From assembly GCA_047967505.1 (NCBI GenBank), contig CM106538.1: 64,000 bases of DNA; one strand, written 5' to 3'. The position numbers and the translations under genes were made by a program. The stretch comes from Dipteris shenzhenensis. Taxonomy: Eukaryota. Every line of letters starts with the position of its first letter. The stretch's first letter is position 1. The notes below the pieces were generated by a model. That model did no database searches. It saw only the letters and a program-made list of their open reading frames with translations, and was not told where the DNA came from. This document shows positions 36,100 to 47,759 of this stretch, piece after piece.

Positions 36100-36490
36100 A
36101 AATGTAGGGGAGAGCTGGCAAAGATGGAGCAGTGAGAGGGAGAGAGTAGCAAGGAAGAGGGAGGAGGAGAAGCAGATGAGGGCAAGAGGAAGAGGAGGAG
36201 AGTAGGGCAACAGGTGTAGAAGGGAGGGAAGGAGCTACTGTAGAAGGCAAGAGGAGGGGAGAGATACTACAAGAGGGAGGAGGAGGGGAGAGGAAGGAGG
36301 GAGGAGGAGCCAGAAGAAGGAGGAGGAGGGAGGAGGAGGAGCAAGACGGAGAAGGGGAGAGGAGGAGGGAGGGGGAGGGAGGGAGAGGGAGAGGGAGGAG
36401 GAGGGAGGGAGGGAGGGAGGGAGGGAGGGAGGAGGGGGAGGGAGAGAGAGGGAGGGAGGGAGAGAGAGAGAGGGAGGGAGGGAGGGTGAT
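36100..36490. repeat. GA-rich low-complexity tract, (GGGA)n/(GGA)n
   Basis: Directly visible polypurine tract. Confidence 0.9.
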
Positions 36491-39381
36491 TCGAAATTTG
36501 AAATTCAAATTTCAAAAAGTGGCCTCCTCCCCTCATTGATGGGGGGAGAGGTGGGTGTAAATGTGGGCTTAACCCACCTAGGTTGGGCTGGTTAGGCCTC
36601 TTTGGGACCCTCCAAGTCCCTTGCATTAGCCCACTAAGCATTCCCTATTCCATTCCTTATGAGGCCCTTTTGAGACCCCAATTATAAGTTTGGAACATCT
36701 TCCTCATGCTCACATTGATTGCAATGATTTGCAAAGCATAGCTTCTCTTAAGACACATTTGAAGATATCTCTCAACAAATTTGTGTCTTGAAACAAAATG
36801 TTTAATACAACATAAAACCCACTTTATAATTTGTTGCCTTTAGAACTTCATGACTTGAAGATGCATAAGAACTTAGATGTGTATTCCGATACGATGCAAT
36901 TTTAGTGTTTATCTCTTGAAATTTCTTCCATCTAGTCTTATATCTAGTTTTTAGCTATATTCCATGACTTTGACTTCCATATTTCATTTGTTTTGAATAA
37001 TCATCCCTTGCATTATTGAATGTGGTTCATTGTCTTTTTGCAAAGTGTACTTGTATTCTTCATATGGCTTCTTCTACATCAACGCTCCCAGCCACAAGCT
37101 TGCATGCACCTGAGAGGTTCTTAGCATGGGAAGGTGGCACAAAATGCACTGTCCAAAACATTTACGGCTTTTAGTGGTATATGACACCTATTTCAAAACT
37201 TAAAAAATTATTACAATGATAAAATATGCTTTTTGACTCTTACAATATTGTAAGTTCATTAAAGAACATTGATATTTTTTAAAAAAACATATATTAAGGT
37301 ACATAATTTGTGCTATAAGTAATGTGCTATGTGCTTTCATAAAGCACAAAAAGCATGTCACCTAATGATGCTTAGACCCAAGAAGTCCCACACTAAGGGC
37401 ACATGACCTATAAGAGAGGATGAGAGAGATGAGGAAGCTTCACTATCCACTCATGTGGAGCAAGCCAAAGCGAAAAGACAGACCCTACCGGAGGTTGTTC
37501 CTTCATTCATTGGTATAAAGTTCATTGTAACAGTTGTACTTTACCCACGGTAGTGACTTCCTTTAACCACAGTAGTGACTTCCTACTCATTGAATCCCTT
37601 TTGTGTTTGCATAGTCTTCTAAAAACCAAAGAATACTCGTTGTATCATGATGAAGGCACAAAGAAGCATTGTTATTTGTGCCTAATGTGGCAGTGTAGTA
37701 AGAAGCATGAGGAGATTTATGGTCGGTGTGCTTTTAATTAACACAAACAATGTGAGCATGATTTGTCTCCCATGGCGCCACTCTAGGAGGACCCATCCCT
37801 AAGGGCAGATGTCCTCGAAGCCACATAGTCAATCCTTGACATCGAGATCAATTGTTAAAATGCTCGTGTGATGCCGAGCTTAGGTGTGATAATTCTCACA
37901 ACCAAGCATGACACAGAGATAGGGAGGCTATAAGAGCAGCATGGGATGCTCTTCCTAATAAGACGCAGAGATAGGGAGGCTATAAGAGCAGCATGGGATG
38001 CTGTCAAGTTGGGGAAAATAGATGGGAGGCAAGATTGGATAGGTTCTATGTCTCTCAGGGTTTACTAAACAGTCACTTATCTTTAAAAGTAGAAACTTTC
38101 TCTTCTTTAAGTTTATCAAACCATAAACCTATCTCATTAGATGTGATTTTGGGCCTAGGGATAGGAATTCTTCTTTGATAAAGATGACCAAAAGCTCTTC
38201 TTATTGAAGAGTGTTCAAACTCTAATTGGTAAGGCTTGGCATAATGCTTTTTCTAATCACATTTCTGCTTCAGAAGCTTGGACTTTGGCTGTTCACGATA
38301 CTCAAATCATCTTTAAAATAGCTAGAAAGAAAAGAGCTAAGATTAGGGCTCAAAGAATGGATAGAATTCAGAGTAATATCAGTGTTTAAGAGTAGAAAGC
38401 TAGAACTAGAGATGTAGATGCCCAAAAAGAACTAGTAAGGGATAAAAAGGACCTCAGGAAGCAAGAACAGATCAGATTAAATGATCATTCCAAAATATAC
38501 TTCAGGGACTGGTGGGCAGGGAAGATAGATAGACCCACTAAGGAAACTTTTAGAATAATAAGAAGAAAGAGAATGAAGGGGGAGATCCCCCTTCTTAAAA
38601 AACCAAATGGCTCTTACTCTGTAACTACAGAAAGAGAATATTGATTTCACTCAGCAACATTTTCACAATTTATTATCTAGTACAATCACCCCAAACCATG
38701 ACATCTAGAGAGCTAGAAGCTATGTCAAATTATAAGGGAGAAAGCTGTCAAATGGTTTGATCTACCCTATTTGGAGAGACCCTTTACATAAGAAGAGTTG
38801 AAGGAAGTAGTGTCAGTTATGGTAGATGGTAAGACACCTAGTGAGGATGGGCTACCTATTGAGTTTATAACTCTTTCTGGAAACTAGTTGGCCCTTATCT
38901 TTTACTTCTATGGCAAGAAAGTTTGGTGAAAGGTGCTCTCCCCCTACATACCAATCGGGGCATTATCAAACTGATCCCAAACAAGGGCCCCAAGGATGAG
39001 CTTAAGAACTGGAGACCCTTAACAATGCTAAACTACATCTATAAGATTTTTGCAAAAGCTCTAGCTCTTAGGGTGCAAGGATGAGCTTAAGAACTGGAGA
39101 CCCTTAACAATGCTAAACTGCAGCTATAAGATTTTTGCAAAAGCTCTAGCTCCTCTTAGGGTACGAGGCAAGATGAAAGAGTGGATTCTCTCTTAGCAAA
39201 AGGGGTTTATTAAAGGACATCACCTTCTTGAAGCCATAATTAACAGCTGGGAAGGGTGTGAGTATGCTAAATAAACTAGGCAAGATATCTACTTTCTTAA
39301 AGTAGACTTTGACAAGGCTTATCATATACTGGAATGAGATTTCATAATCCAATCTTTACAGGACATGGGTCTAGGTCCTTC

Positions 39382-39633
39382 CTCGGGGGGTTCACCTAAA
39401 ACAATTTAGTGTACCATGTGCATTCAAAAGGAGGGGTATTTTAATCCAACTTTTTGAAAAAATTTAACAAAATTACAATAACAAGAGGGATCTTTTAATT
39501 CAATTTTTGAAAAAATTACCTTAGTTCATAAGTAAGAGGAGTGGTTTTTTTGTGGGAGAAATTTTAGTTGAGGGGTTTTTTTAATACCCTTTTAACACAC
39601 ATGATACATAGGGTTTCTTAGTTGTCCCCCAAG
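39382..39633. mobile_element. MITE, 252 bp, 8-bp TSD GGTCCTTC
   Basis: Ends CTCGGGGGGTTCACCTAA and TTAGTTGTCCCCCAAG. TSD at 39374-39381 and 39634-39641. Interrupts the LINE RT. Confidence 0.9.
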
Positions 39634-40910
39634 GGTCCTTCCTTTGTGTCAAATGTCAAGCTTCTTCTCACTAATGCCACAACCAAGGTTAATGTCAACG
39701 GGAAGATGAGTGATACCCTTTTTTTGAAAATGTCAATCAAACAAGGGTGCCCTTTGGCTCCTCTTTTGTTTGCTATAGCAACAGATGACCTTGGGTGGCT
39801 CCTCAAAAGTAAATTCCAAGAGGGAAATCTCCAGGGTATTGAACTTATGAATGGTAAACAATTGCTTTACCAGCAGTTTGCTTATGACACTACACTGACC
39901 CCTAGAAATACTGAACAAGATGTCATCTGTGTGGTGGATTGCCTTGAGGTTTTTTGTAAAGCATCAGGATCCTCAATCAACCACTCTAAAATGGGGTATG
40001 ATACTCTCAGTGGCAAGGAACAAGGGATTATTCCAGCAGTTGGGATGTCTTAAAAACAAAAGGGCACAATCTTCAGACTTTTGGGCATTCCAATGGGTTT
40101 TGAGGTCACAATTAAGCAAAGGTGGGATTAGATGTTGGACAGATTTCAAAAAAAGATGGAAAAGTGGAGAAGAGTCCAAGCAAACCTGGCTGGAAGAAAA
40201 TTGGTTCTTAACCATTGTCTTTACCCATAGCTATTTTTTATCTTTCTTGCTGGTCTCCTTCCAAAAGAGGTCTTTTATGGGGTCCTTTATGGCCATTGAC
40301 TCAGTTTGGGTGTAAACAATATTCAGAAGCTGCACATTGATAGATGAGTAGTTTACAGTGGCAGTTAGTCTGTTCAAGAAGGGAATTCGGTCTTGGGGAT
40401 AGTTTTGGAACAAAGAACTCTTCAGATGGAAGACATGGTAGGAAATCAAAAGGGAATTCTACCTCACTAACCAAAATCAGGGACTGGTCATGGGGGGAGA
40501 TTGGACTTATGGAAGGGAGAAATTAGGTGGAAAGGAGGTTTTTTCCTTGGCTTACATAAAGAATTCAATTGGGTAGGATGCTCCTCCTTACTACCAATAC
40601 CATCTACTATGCTGACATGGATGATCTCTTTAAAACCCTCAATGCTAGATGGAATTTGAAGGATGATAGAGCTATGTGCTATGCCAAGTTCCACAGAATA
40701 TGGGTTAAAAGTGATCCTGAGAAAATTCCTTGCCTTACTTGGATTATTCTTTATAAAGAAGTTTGGACTAATGCTAGAGGACTCAGAATAGGAAAGGGAG
40801 ATGACAAGTGTCTGAGATGCCTGGAGTATATGGAAGATGTTTTCCACTTATTTGTTGCTTTCCCTCATGCCAAAAGAGTTTGGAAGTTCATTTTAATTGA
40901 GTGTGGAGAA

Positions 40911-41207
40911 CAGAGATGATTTTTTCATGTTAGTTTCATTAGGAAGCAAAACTTTTATATTGGTGTCGAAAATTTTTATGCCCTAATAAAAATAAATGTT
41001 TGAAACATTCACCAAGATTTGAAACTTTTATGTGAAAATTTTTTAAGTTTCGCCAAGATTTAACTATTTTACTTATAAATTCAAAAGAAAATATACAAAA
41101 ATGTGCTATATGCTATCAATATTATGAAACTAAAAAATATATCTCGATGAAGTTTTGCCAAGATGTTATATTAATATATATGTATACCTTCGATAAAAAC
41201 ATCCATG
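40911..41207. mobile_element. hAT-like MITE, 297 bp, 8-bp TSD GTGGAGAA
   Basis: Ends CAGAGATGATTTTT and AAAAACATCCATG. TSD at 40903-40910 and 41208-41215. Confidence 0.88.
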
Positions 41208-42299
41208 GTGGAGAACCGATGAATTGGAAAGTTATTCTACTAGGTGATGCATGCAAAGTAAGGCATGAGCCTTGGTTCCAAAGAAGAGCTCATGCTCTTT
41301 GGTTCATATGGATCTCTAGAAATAATTTTCAATTTAATCATAATGATTTATGTATTGATGCTCTATTTGCTTCTTGGTGGGACATGAGAAAAGACATCTT
41401 AACTTCTTCATTAGTGCCTACAATCTTGAACACTCAAGATTGAATGCAATATTTCAAGACATAAGCACCATTGTTTTTCTCAGATGAACATGCCAAGATA
41501 CCTAACTTCATGTAGAAGAGAACATCCATAGCTGGTCCTTCCACTCAAACTCCATCTTCTGCTCTTGGCCCTTCCACATAGTCTTTTGATGGCCTCCTCC
41601 GGGTTCCAGCTGATTTGGCTGGCCACTTAACCCAGGTTCCTTCTACTACTTTTGGTACCTATACACAAAGCCCCCTTGCTGCTAGTACCTATTCATAGAG
41701 CCCCTTTTCTCCCTCATCAACCTCTATTGTTGGTACTTATACATAGTTCCCCTCTACTGTTGTTGGTTCCTCTCTGCATCCTCATGTGGTTAGCCTCTTT
41801 AACCAGTCCCCCTCTATTGATGTTGACCCCTCAACTCAGTTACCCCTTTCTCCCCTTCACTCAAGTTCCTTGTGCTGGCTTCTCCACTAAGTTACCTTCT
41901 ACTATTTCTGTCCCTTCCTACCAAATTCAGGGACTTGTTGTGGTGTTACCTACTCAACTACAGGATTTGGGTGAGATGTCTATTGACCCTTCTCAAAGTG
42001 TTGCTTCTATTCCCGGACACTCTTTTGATGCTACTACTACTACTGCTCTGCTGATTCAGTACACACCATCAACTCTAAGGAGGAATCTTCTAGATTGCCC
42101 TTCTATATCTGAGAAGCTCCTCTTAATATTTATTGAAAAAAATATTCTCTTTGTTTTTTTTCTCTCTTATTATAAGAGAGGAAGTGCATATGTGAACAGC
42201 ACTCCTATTTCGGTGATCTCTGAACATGTACAAAAATATTTTAAATTAATATAATCCCTTTTTTCTGCCAAAAAAATGGAGAAAAGGATGCAACTATTT

Positions 42300-43169
42300 T
42301 CATCATTCCCACCAACTACTAAGATATGGTACCACAACCTTGGTGGTGGATTGGCTTGTGCATTAATCTTGGCTCTTAGGATGGGACATTCATTTGCTGA
42401 ATGATTGGCCATGCAATGTGGACACCATACATTTTCTCGCCTTGGATCTTGGGGCACCAACTCAATATGTGATATGTTACTACCCTCATTCGAAATCTGG
42501 GGTATGGGGGGACAAGGTCCATATATAATATCCATTGCTTTCCTTAAAATTTTTCAAATATGCAACGAAAAAATATGAAAATTTCATGTCCCCCCTCCCA
42601 CAAAATATAAGGTATATACCTTGAAAAATATGCAAGATTTTAAGATTTGTACATATTTCTCATAATATGTGAGGCCCAAGGGGGGGGGGGGGTCTTTGTG
42701 GATGAGGGGGGCTAAAACAAAAAACACAATAAAAGATGAAAACCCATCTCCTTTCAAATTAATGTAACTTTTTCATGTGTTAGCTAAATTTCAAGATGTA
42801 AAGACATATTTGAAGCTATTTTAGTATAGAACACAACCATGTTAATTTGAATAATTTCTCCTCATGGCATATTGTTAAATTCATCTCATACTCAAGATTT
42901 TGATAGGTTTTATTTCTAAAGGGAGTTGGTGCCCCAAGCCTTGGATAAGTCAAAGGTGGCGGCTCAGACATGTTAAGCTTTTTTTCCATGGCATGCATCA
43001 TCTCTTCTCTTAGCTTCATGGTCATGGCCTCTAGGCGATCTTCATTAGGAGTGCAAATGGTGCTCAATGATGATGTGTCACTGTGGGTTACATGTAGTGA
43101 TGATGTGACACTATGCCTAGCAAGAGGTGTGCTAATGGAACCCTGTGCTGAGGTGGCAGGAGTGGTCAC
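42300..43169 (-). pseudogene. gag-like fragment with Zn knuckle, split by a MITE
   Basis: After removing the MITE: ..EDRLEAMTMKLREEMMHAMEKKL..PLTYPR|RENVWCPHCMANHSANECP. Confidence 0.55.
42448..42938. mobile_element. MITE, 491 bp, perfect 16-bp TIR, 8-bp TSD CCTTGGAT
   Basis: CTTGGGGCACCAACTC...GAGTTGGTGCCCCAAG. A second copy lies inverted at 59180-59638. Confidence 0.95.
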
Positions 43170-44949
43170 ATGAAATGACTATGGAGCACTGTGTGTGTGT
43201 GCAGAGGTCAGTGCTAACTAGACAGTTGAGGTGGCACTGCTGAGGTGGCACAGATGATGTGGCAATGATGACATGTCACTGATGACATGGTAGTGGTGAT
43301 GTGGCAGTTGACGTGGTAGATGATGTGGCTATGCTGATGTGGTAGATGATGTGGTTGTGATGACATGTCAGTCAATGGTGACATGGCAGATAAAGTGACA
43401 TGGCAAGCTGACTGCCTTGATGATGTGGCATAAAAGGAGATAATGCCACGTGTCATAGGGAGGAGATAATGGGATAAGGCCATGTGTCAGGCTCTAGTGC
43501 ATCGAAATCTAGGAGATTCTAGTGGTGAGGATTCCGTCACTTCGTCATCTGAGAATTTCATCGTGTAGAGCTGCTAAGGCTCTTAAGAGCTTTGCGTCAT
43601 GCGCTAGAGCTTGTTGCTGGAGCCTTCATACGCTGGCGTCACATGCAGGCTTTGAAGCTCTGTGAGTAAAAGCTTGGCACCGGGCTAGCACTCTGAGCAG
43701 TGCTCCTTTCATCGATGGAGGCGAGCGCCTGTTTGCAAGGTGTTGCAGAGTTACGGGAAGCGTTGTTGAAGGACTGAGCCTATATGGCAGAGCCTTTGAG
43801 GCTTGGAGTGAAGGAGCACTTGCAGGTCGATGTTGATGGAGCTTAGGTATGGTTGGTGCTTTAGCTCATTGGCTGAGTGACTGGATTGTCATGTAGGGGG
43901 CTTGAAGGCATAGCGATGGAGGCGGCTTAGCGCTGTGGGGAGCCACTTTGTGAAGCGGGCTAGCAGAGAGCTCGTTGGATCTTGTTGATGGTCGTGGAGT
44001 TGTGTTGCCTCCGTATGGAGTTGTGGATTGATGGAGACATTTTGTTAGGACACAGTTGTGGCTCTATGGCATTGGAGGCTAGCTTTCCGGTTGTAGAGAG
44101 GTGGCACTTGGGTTGGAGCCTTCATTGAAGACTCATTATATAGGCGGCTGTTAGAGCTATGGCAGTCTCATTGGCATTTGATTTGCCCTTGGAGCAAGGG
44201 CTGTTTGTAGGCAGCCGGTCATGGAACGTATGTTGCTGAGATTGGGAACCGCTATCTTGTAGTTGAGGTTGTCCCTTTGGTTTAGAGGCTGCCAGCCACT
44301 TCCTCGGGCCACTTAAGACTTGGAGAAGCTTGTGAGAGGTTCTGTTGCTTTGTCTCTTAGAATGGAAAACCTTAGAATGGAAGGAACAGAAGAACTCTCT
44401 CTTCCTATATAAATTGGTGCTTTCAAAGCTCTCTAGCTCTCAAATCATTCATGAATCTCTCATGAAATGTATGATCTCTCCCTATATCTCTCTCTTAGAG
44501 TACTGTCTTTCTCTCAAGAGCTAGATCTCTCACAAAACAAGTGAACGGAAATCTTCAACTCTCATGGATGGAAATTTTCTATCACTCATCGGAAGTGAGA
44601 GAACTCTTGATCTCTCAATCAATCACACTCTCTCATACTCTCACAAAGAAAGATGGCGCCTCAATGAAAGGCAAAACCATGCTCTGATACCATGACAAAA
44701 TATGAAGAGGGGAGAGGAGAAGAGTGGAGATGAGGAGAGAGGGCACAGGTAGAGAGCACACCACAAATGACTAACTGTACGCTAGATTTAGTTGAAAAAA
44801 TAGAATATATACAAACGCATATAGGGTTAGGGTTAGGGGATCTAACCCTTTCCTTTATAGCACTCTATAAGGTTAGTGCTATGCACATATGATCATGTGA
44901 TGGTGCTATGCACACATGATCACATGATGTTGAGTGTGAACTCTCAACA
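43170..44949 (-). mobile_element. 5' half (LTR, PBS, long leader) of an LTR retrotransposon, inverted relative to its 3' half
   Basis: LTR 44693-44949 is the reverse complement of 49723-49968. PBS TGGTATCAGAGC at 44681-44692. Confidence 0.85.
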
Positions 44950-46429
44950 CTATAAAGGTGCGTCTAGTGTATTCTGATGAGTAGTCTATTGGCACTTTCT
45001 CGATATTTCGGTCTTCAGTAGTTGATTTTGCTTTTGTGCGCAGTAAGGACATTGATCCGCTTGTTCCTCCCTTGTAGTGTCGGAGAGGAGTTAGACTAGG
45101 CTCTGCTTGGCACTGATTGTAGATTCTAAGCTAGAGTTTTGTAGACACCCCACTCATCGTAGCGTATGCACTTGTCCAAAGTGTGTGCTGCTATCCAAGT
45201 AATTGTCTTTGAATGATGTCAACAATAGAAGCCTAAAGGAAGTCCGTTGCCTTCAAGTGACTTCTCATGGATTTCTTTTGTTAAACTTCATTTTGTGGCT
45301 TTTTGCTTTGCATGAAGTTGTCACTATGATAATGATTCATTGTATGGTTGATTTTTGTGGACGTTATTGCATCTACTAGTTTGTTTTTCATGTGGCATTG
45401 TAGATCTTACTCTTTGTTCTCTTTTTGCAGAATTGCTATGTAGCAGCAGCAACTAGCAGTCAGAGTTCCAACACAATTGAGGATTGCCAATAGTGTTGAT
45501 GGTGTCTCCAAGAAGCTGGAAAACAACCACACATATCCACATGTGGCAATAGTAGTGCTAGGGTCGGACGGGGGTTTCTCCGAGCAAAAACCCCCAAGCG
45601 ACGAGCGGACAAAAGGTGGGAGGGGTCAAAATATATAGGCTCAAGTCATTTTTGGGGAGCAAAAAATTCCAAATTATTTCAAGGAATATGTAAGTAAATA
45701 TGAAATATTGATAAATAGATATTGATATAAATATACCTTTATATAATATACATATATAATGTCCAAGTGGTGACTTATTTTATGACTTTCAAAAATCCTT
45801 TCTTTTCCTTTTGCCATTGGTTGGATCATGAAATTTTGAGCAAATATCCTCTTTACAATTCCTCAAGATGACCTAAGAAAAATATATAATACCTTCTTAA
45901 ATAGACCCTCTAAGTGTATTTTGCCAGAGGAATATGGTTTAAAGAGCTTGTCCCAACCCTATTCCACTAGCGGAACACCCTTGGAGAGCCTTCGCAGAAG
46001 GGGTCATAACTTTTGCTCCTTAGATTGAGGAGCTATAAAAAGGAAAAATGTTCAAAATTTCATGATCTATGAAATGGTAGGCTTAAAATTATACTCTTTA
46101 TAGTTATAAAAGAGAAAAAATGAAAATTTCAAGATGTATATGAGAGTTACAACTTCTCCCTAATTCATATTATGGTACGAAGGAGTTCAGTAGAGACCAC
46201 ATTTCCTTAAAAGTACTTAGGTTTGGAGAATTGGGAATATTTTGAAAATCCCTCCCTTGCCTTCCCATATTTGTTGATAATGTATTAGAGATTAATTTAT
46301 GATCGATTATTAATGGCTTCAAGCACCGAGATATGTTGTCTGCAACGAGCTAGGTTTAAAATATAACATCTATCAAGATATGTCATCTACAACGAGCTAG
46401 GTTCAAGCTTTAAAATGTGAAGTCAACAT

Positions 46430-46887
46430 GGGTTGGAGTGGTGTCCTTGGGCATACCAACAGAGCTGCCTCCAATCCTACCAACAACAGGACTTGACAGG
46501 GCAAAGTGACAGTGTTTTAGCTATAAGATCATCCAAATGGGGACATGGAATTTCAAAGGAGGCCTCCAAGGGAATTGCAAGTGTGGAGGATATGAATGCA
46601 GTGGTATCCCTGCAAAGATGGCAATAGAGCCCCTTCAACATTGTGTGTTCCATGTTTCTAGGGATAGTGGAAGCACCTATGAAGTGCATGTCAAGACAAA
46701 TCCCTTATGTAGTTGTCCTGAATTCCAAAAAAGAGATGTGGCATACTTGGCTTATAAGCACTTGTACTATGTGTTCCTTCATGTTCTAGGGTTACGTAAG
46801 AGTGAAGATATGTTCATTTACCAGCCAATCATTTCATCCACACAAATAGCATCACTGCTTAGTGTGTGTAGACCCAACACGGTATGA
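46430..46887 (+). pseudogene. SWIM zinc-finger protein fragment, probably transposon-derived
   Basis: STYEVHVKTNPLCSCPEF..AYKHLYYVFLHVLGL matches the SWIM CxC..CxH motif with one Cys lost. About 65-bp tandem repeats follow at 47100-47290. Confidence 0.65.
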
Positions 46888-47759
46888 GTTATTTGGCCTC
46901 TAACATTATCTAAAGCTGGGATGGAGGGCCCTTGAAATGTAATTGAACATGTTTCAATCAAAATTTTGTTTCTGCAATCTCTCTGCACTCCTACTAATAT
47001 TTTTATAAAAATCTGCGACATGTGCACACTACCTACACTAGGGTAGGTGCTATTCAAGGATGCTTTTTTTTTTCCACCTCAAAATGAAGGAGATATTTGT
47101 GTTCGCATTGCTTAGGTTTGCTAGCTATTATTCATGCAGAGTCTTATTTTTCACGCGATATTTGTGTTTGCACTGCTTAGGCTTGGTAGCTCTTATTCAT
47201 GCATAGGCTTATTTTTCACGCGATATTCATGTCCGCATTGCTTAGTCTTGGTAGCTGTTATTCATGCACAGTCTTATTCTTCACTTTGAAGGAAGGCAAA
47301 ACTATAATTCAAGAAAAAACCTATATTTCAGCCTGCAATGAGTCTGTACTACTTATGGTAGCTACTTTTCATGCACCCTCTTTTTTTATTCCTCTCAAGG
47401 AAGGTGATATTGTATTGACAAAGTGAAAAGAGATACAAGAGATATTGGTAGCCAGCTCCTTAGACTAACTGCATGCAAGGGCTCCTCGCACATGCAGCCT
47501 AGGATTTAGCAAGCAATTACAGAATCAAATCATTCTTTGAATTCTTGGGTCTTGAATCTTATCCTCCAATTGCCATGATAGAAAAAAAAAGTCCAAAATG
47601 CATTTCAGACCATCGAGACTCTGAGGAATTCAAAGAATGATTTGGAGAGGTTTGCAATGACACAAGTCTACATGTGCTTGCTTAATGTTAGGTTGCTGAA
47701 GCATCACATGGGTGGGATCTCAAGGAAACTCCAAACTCCCCAGTATCCCACTGACATCA

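Larger units (their letters stand above)
26121..36683. mobile_element. Multi-gene TIR DNA transposon (RAG1/Transib/Chapaev-like transposase, H3-like and BAH genes), both ends present
   Basis: Left AATT|AGGGTCTCCAAAGGGCCCC and right GAGGCCCTTTTGAGACCCC|AATT (reverse complement GGGGTCTCAAAAGGGCCTC). Mirror-image CT-rich (26400-26870) and GA-rich (36100-36490) tracts lie inside each end. Confidence 0.7.
38001..42277 (+). mobile_element. 5'-truncated L1/Tx1-type LINE (ORF2 relic)
   Basis: Endonuclease end (ARLDRFYVS..SNHKP), RT (KTPSEDG, NWRPLTMLN, SIKQGCPLAPLLF, QQFAYDT), C-terminal zf-RVT (CLRC..EDVFHLF), 3' end ttttctgccaaaaaaa. Contains two MITEs and an internal duplication of about 86 bp near 39000-39150. 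Confidence 0.9.

Noticed and set aside
45555-46430. Possible insertion within the SWIM-containing relic
   Set aside because: Composition shifts suggest one, but I could not find paired TIRs or a TSD.
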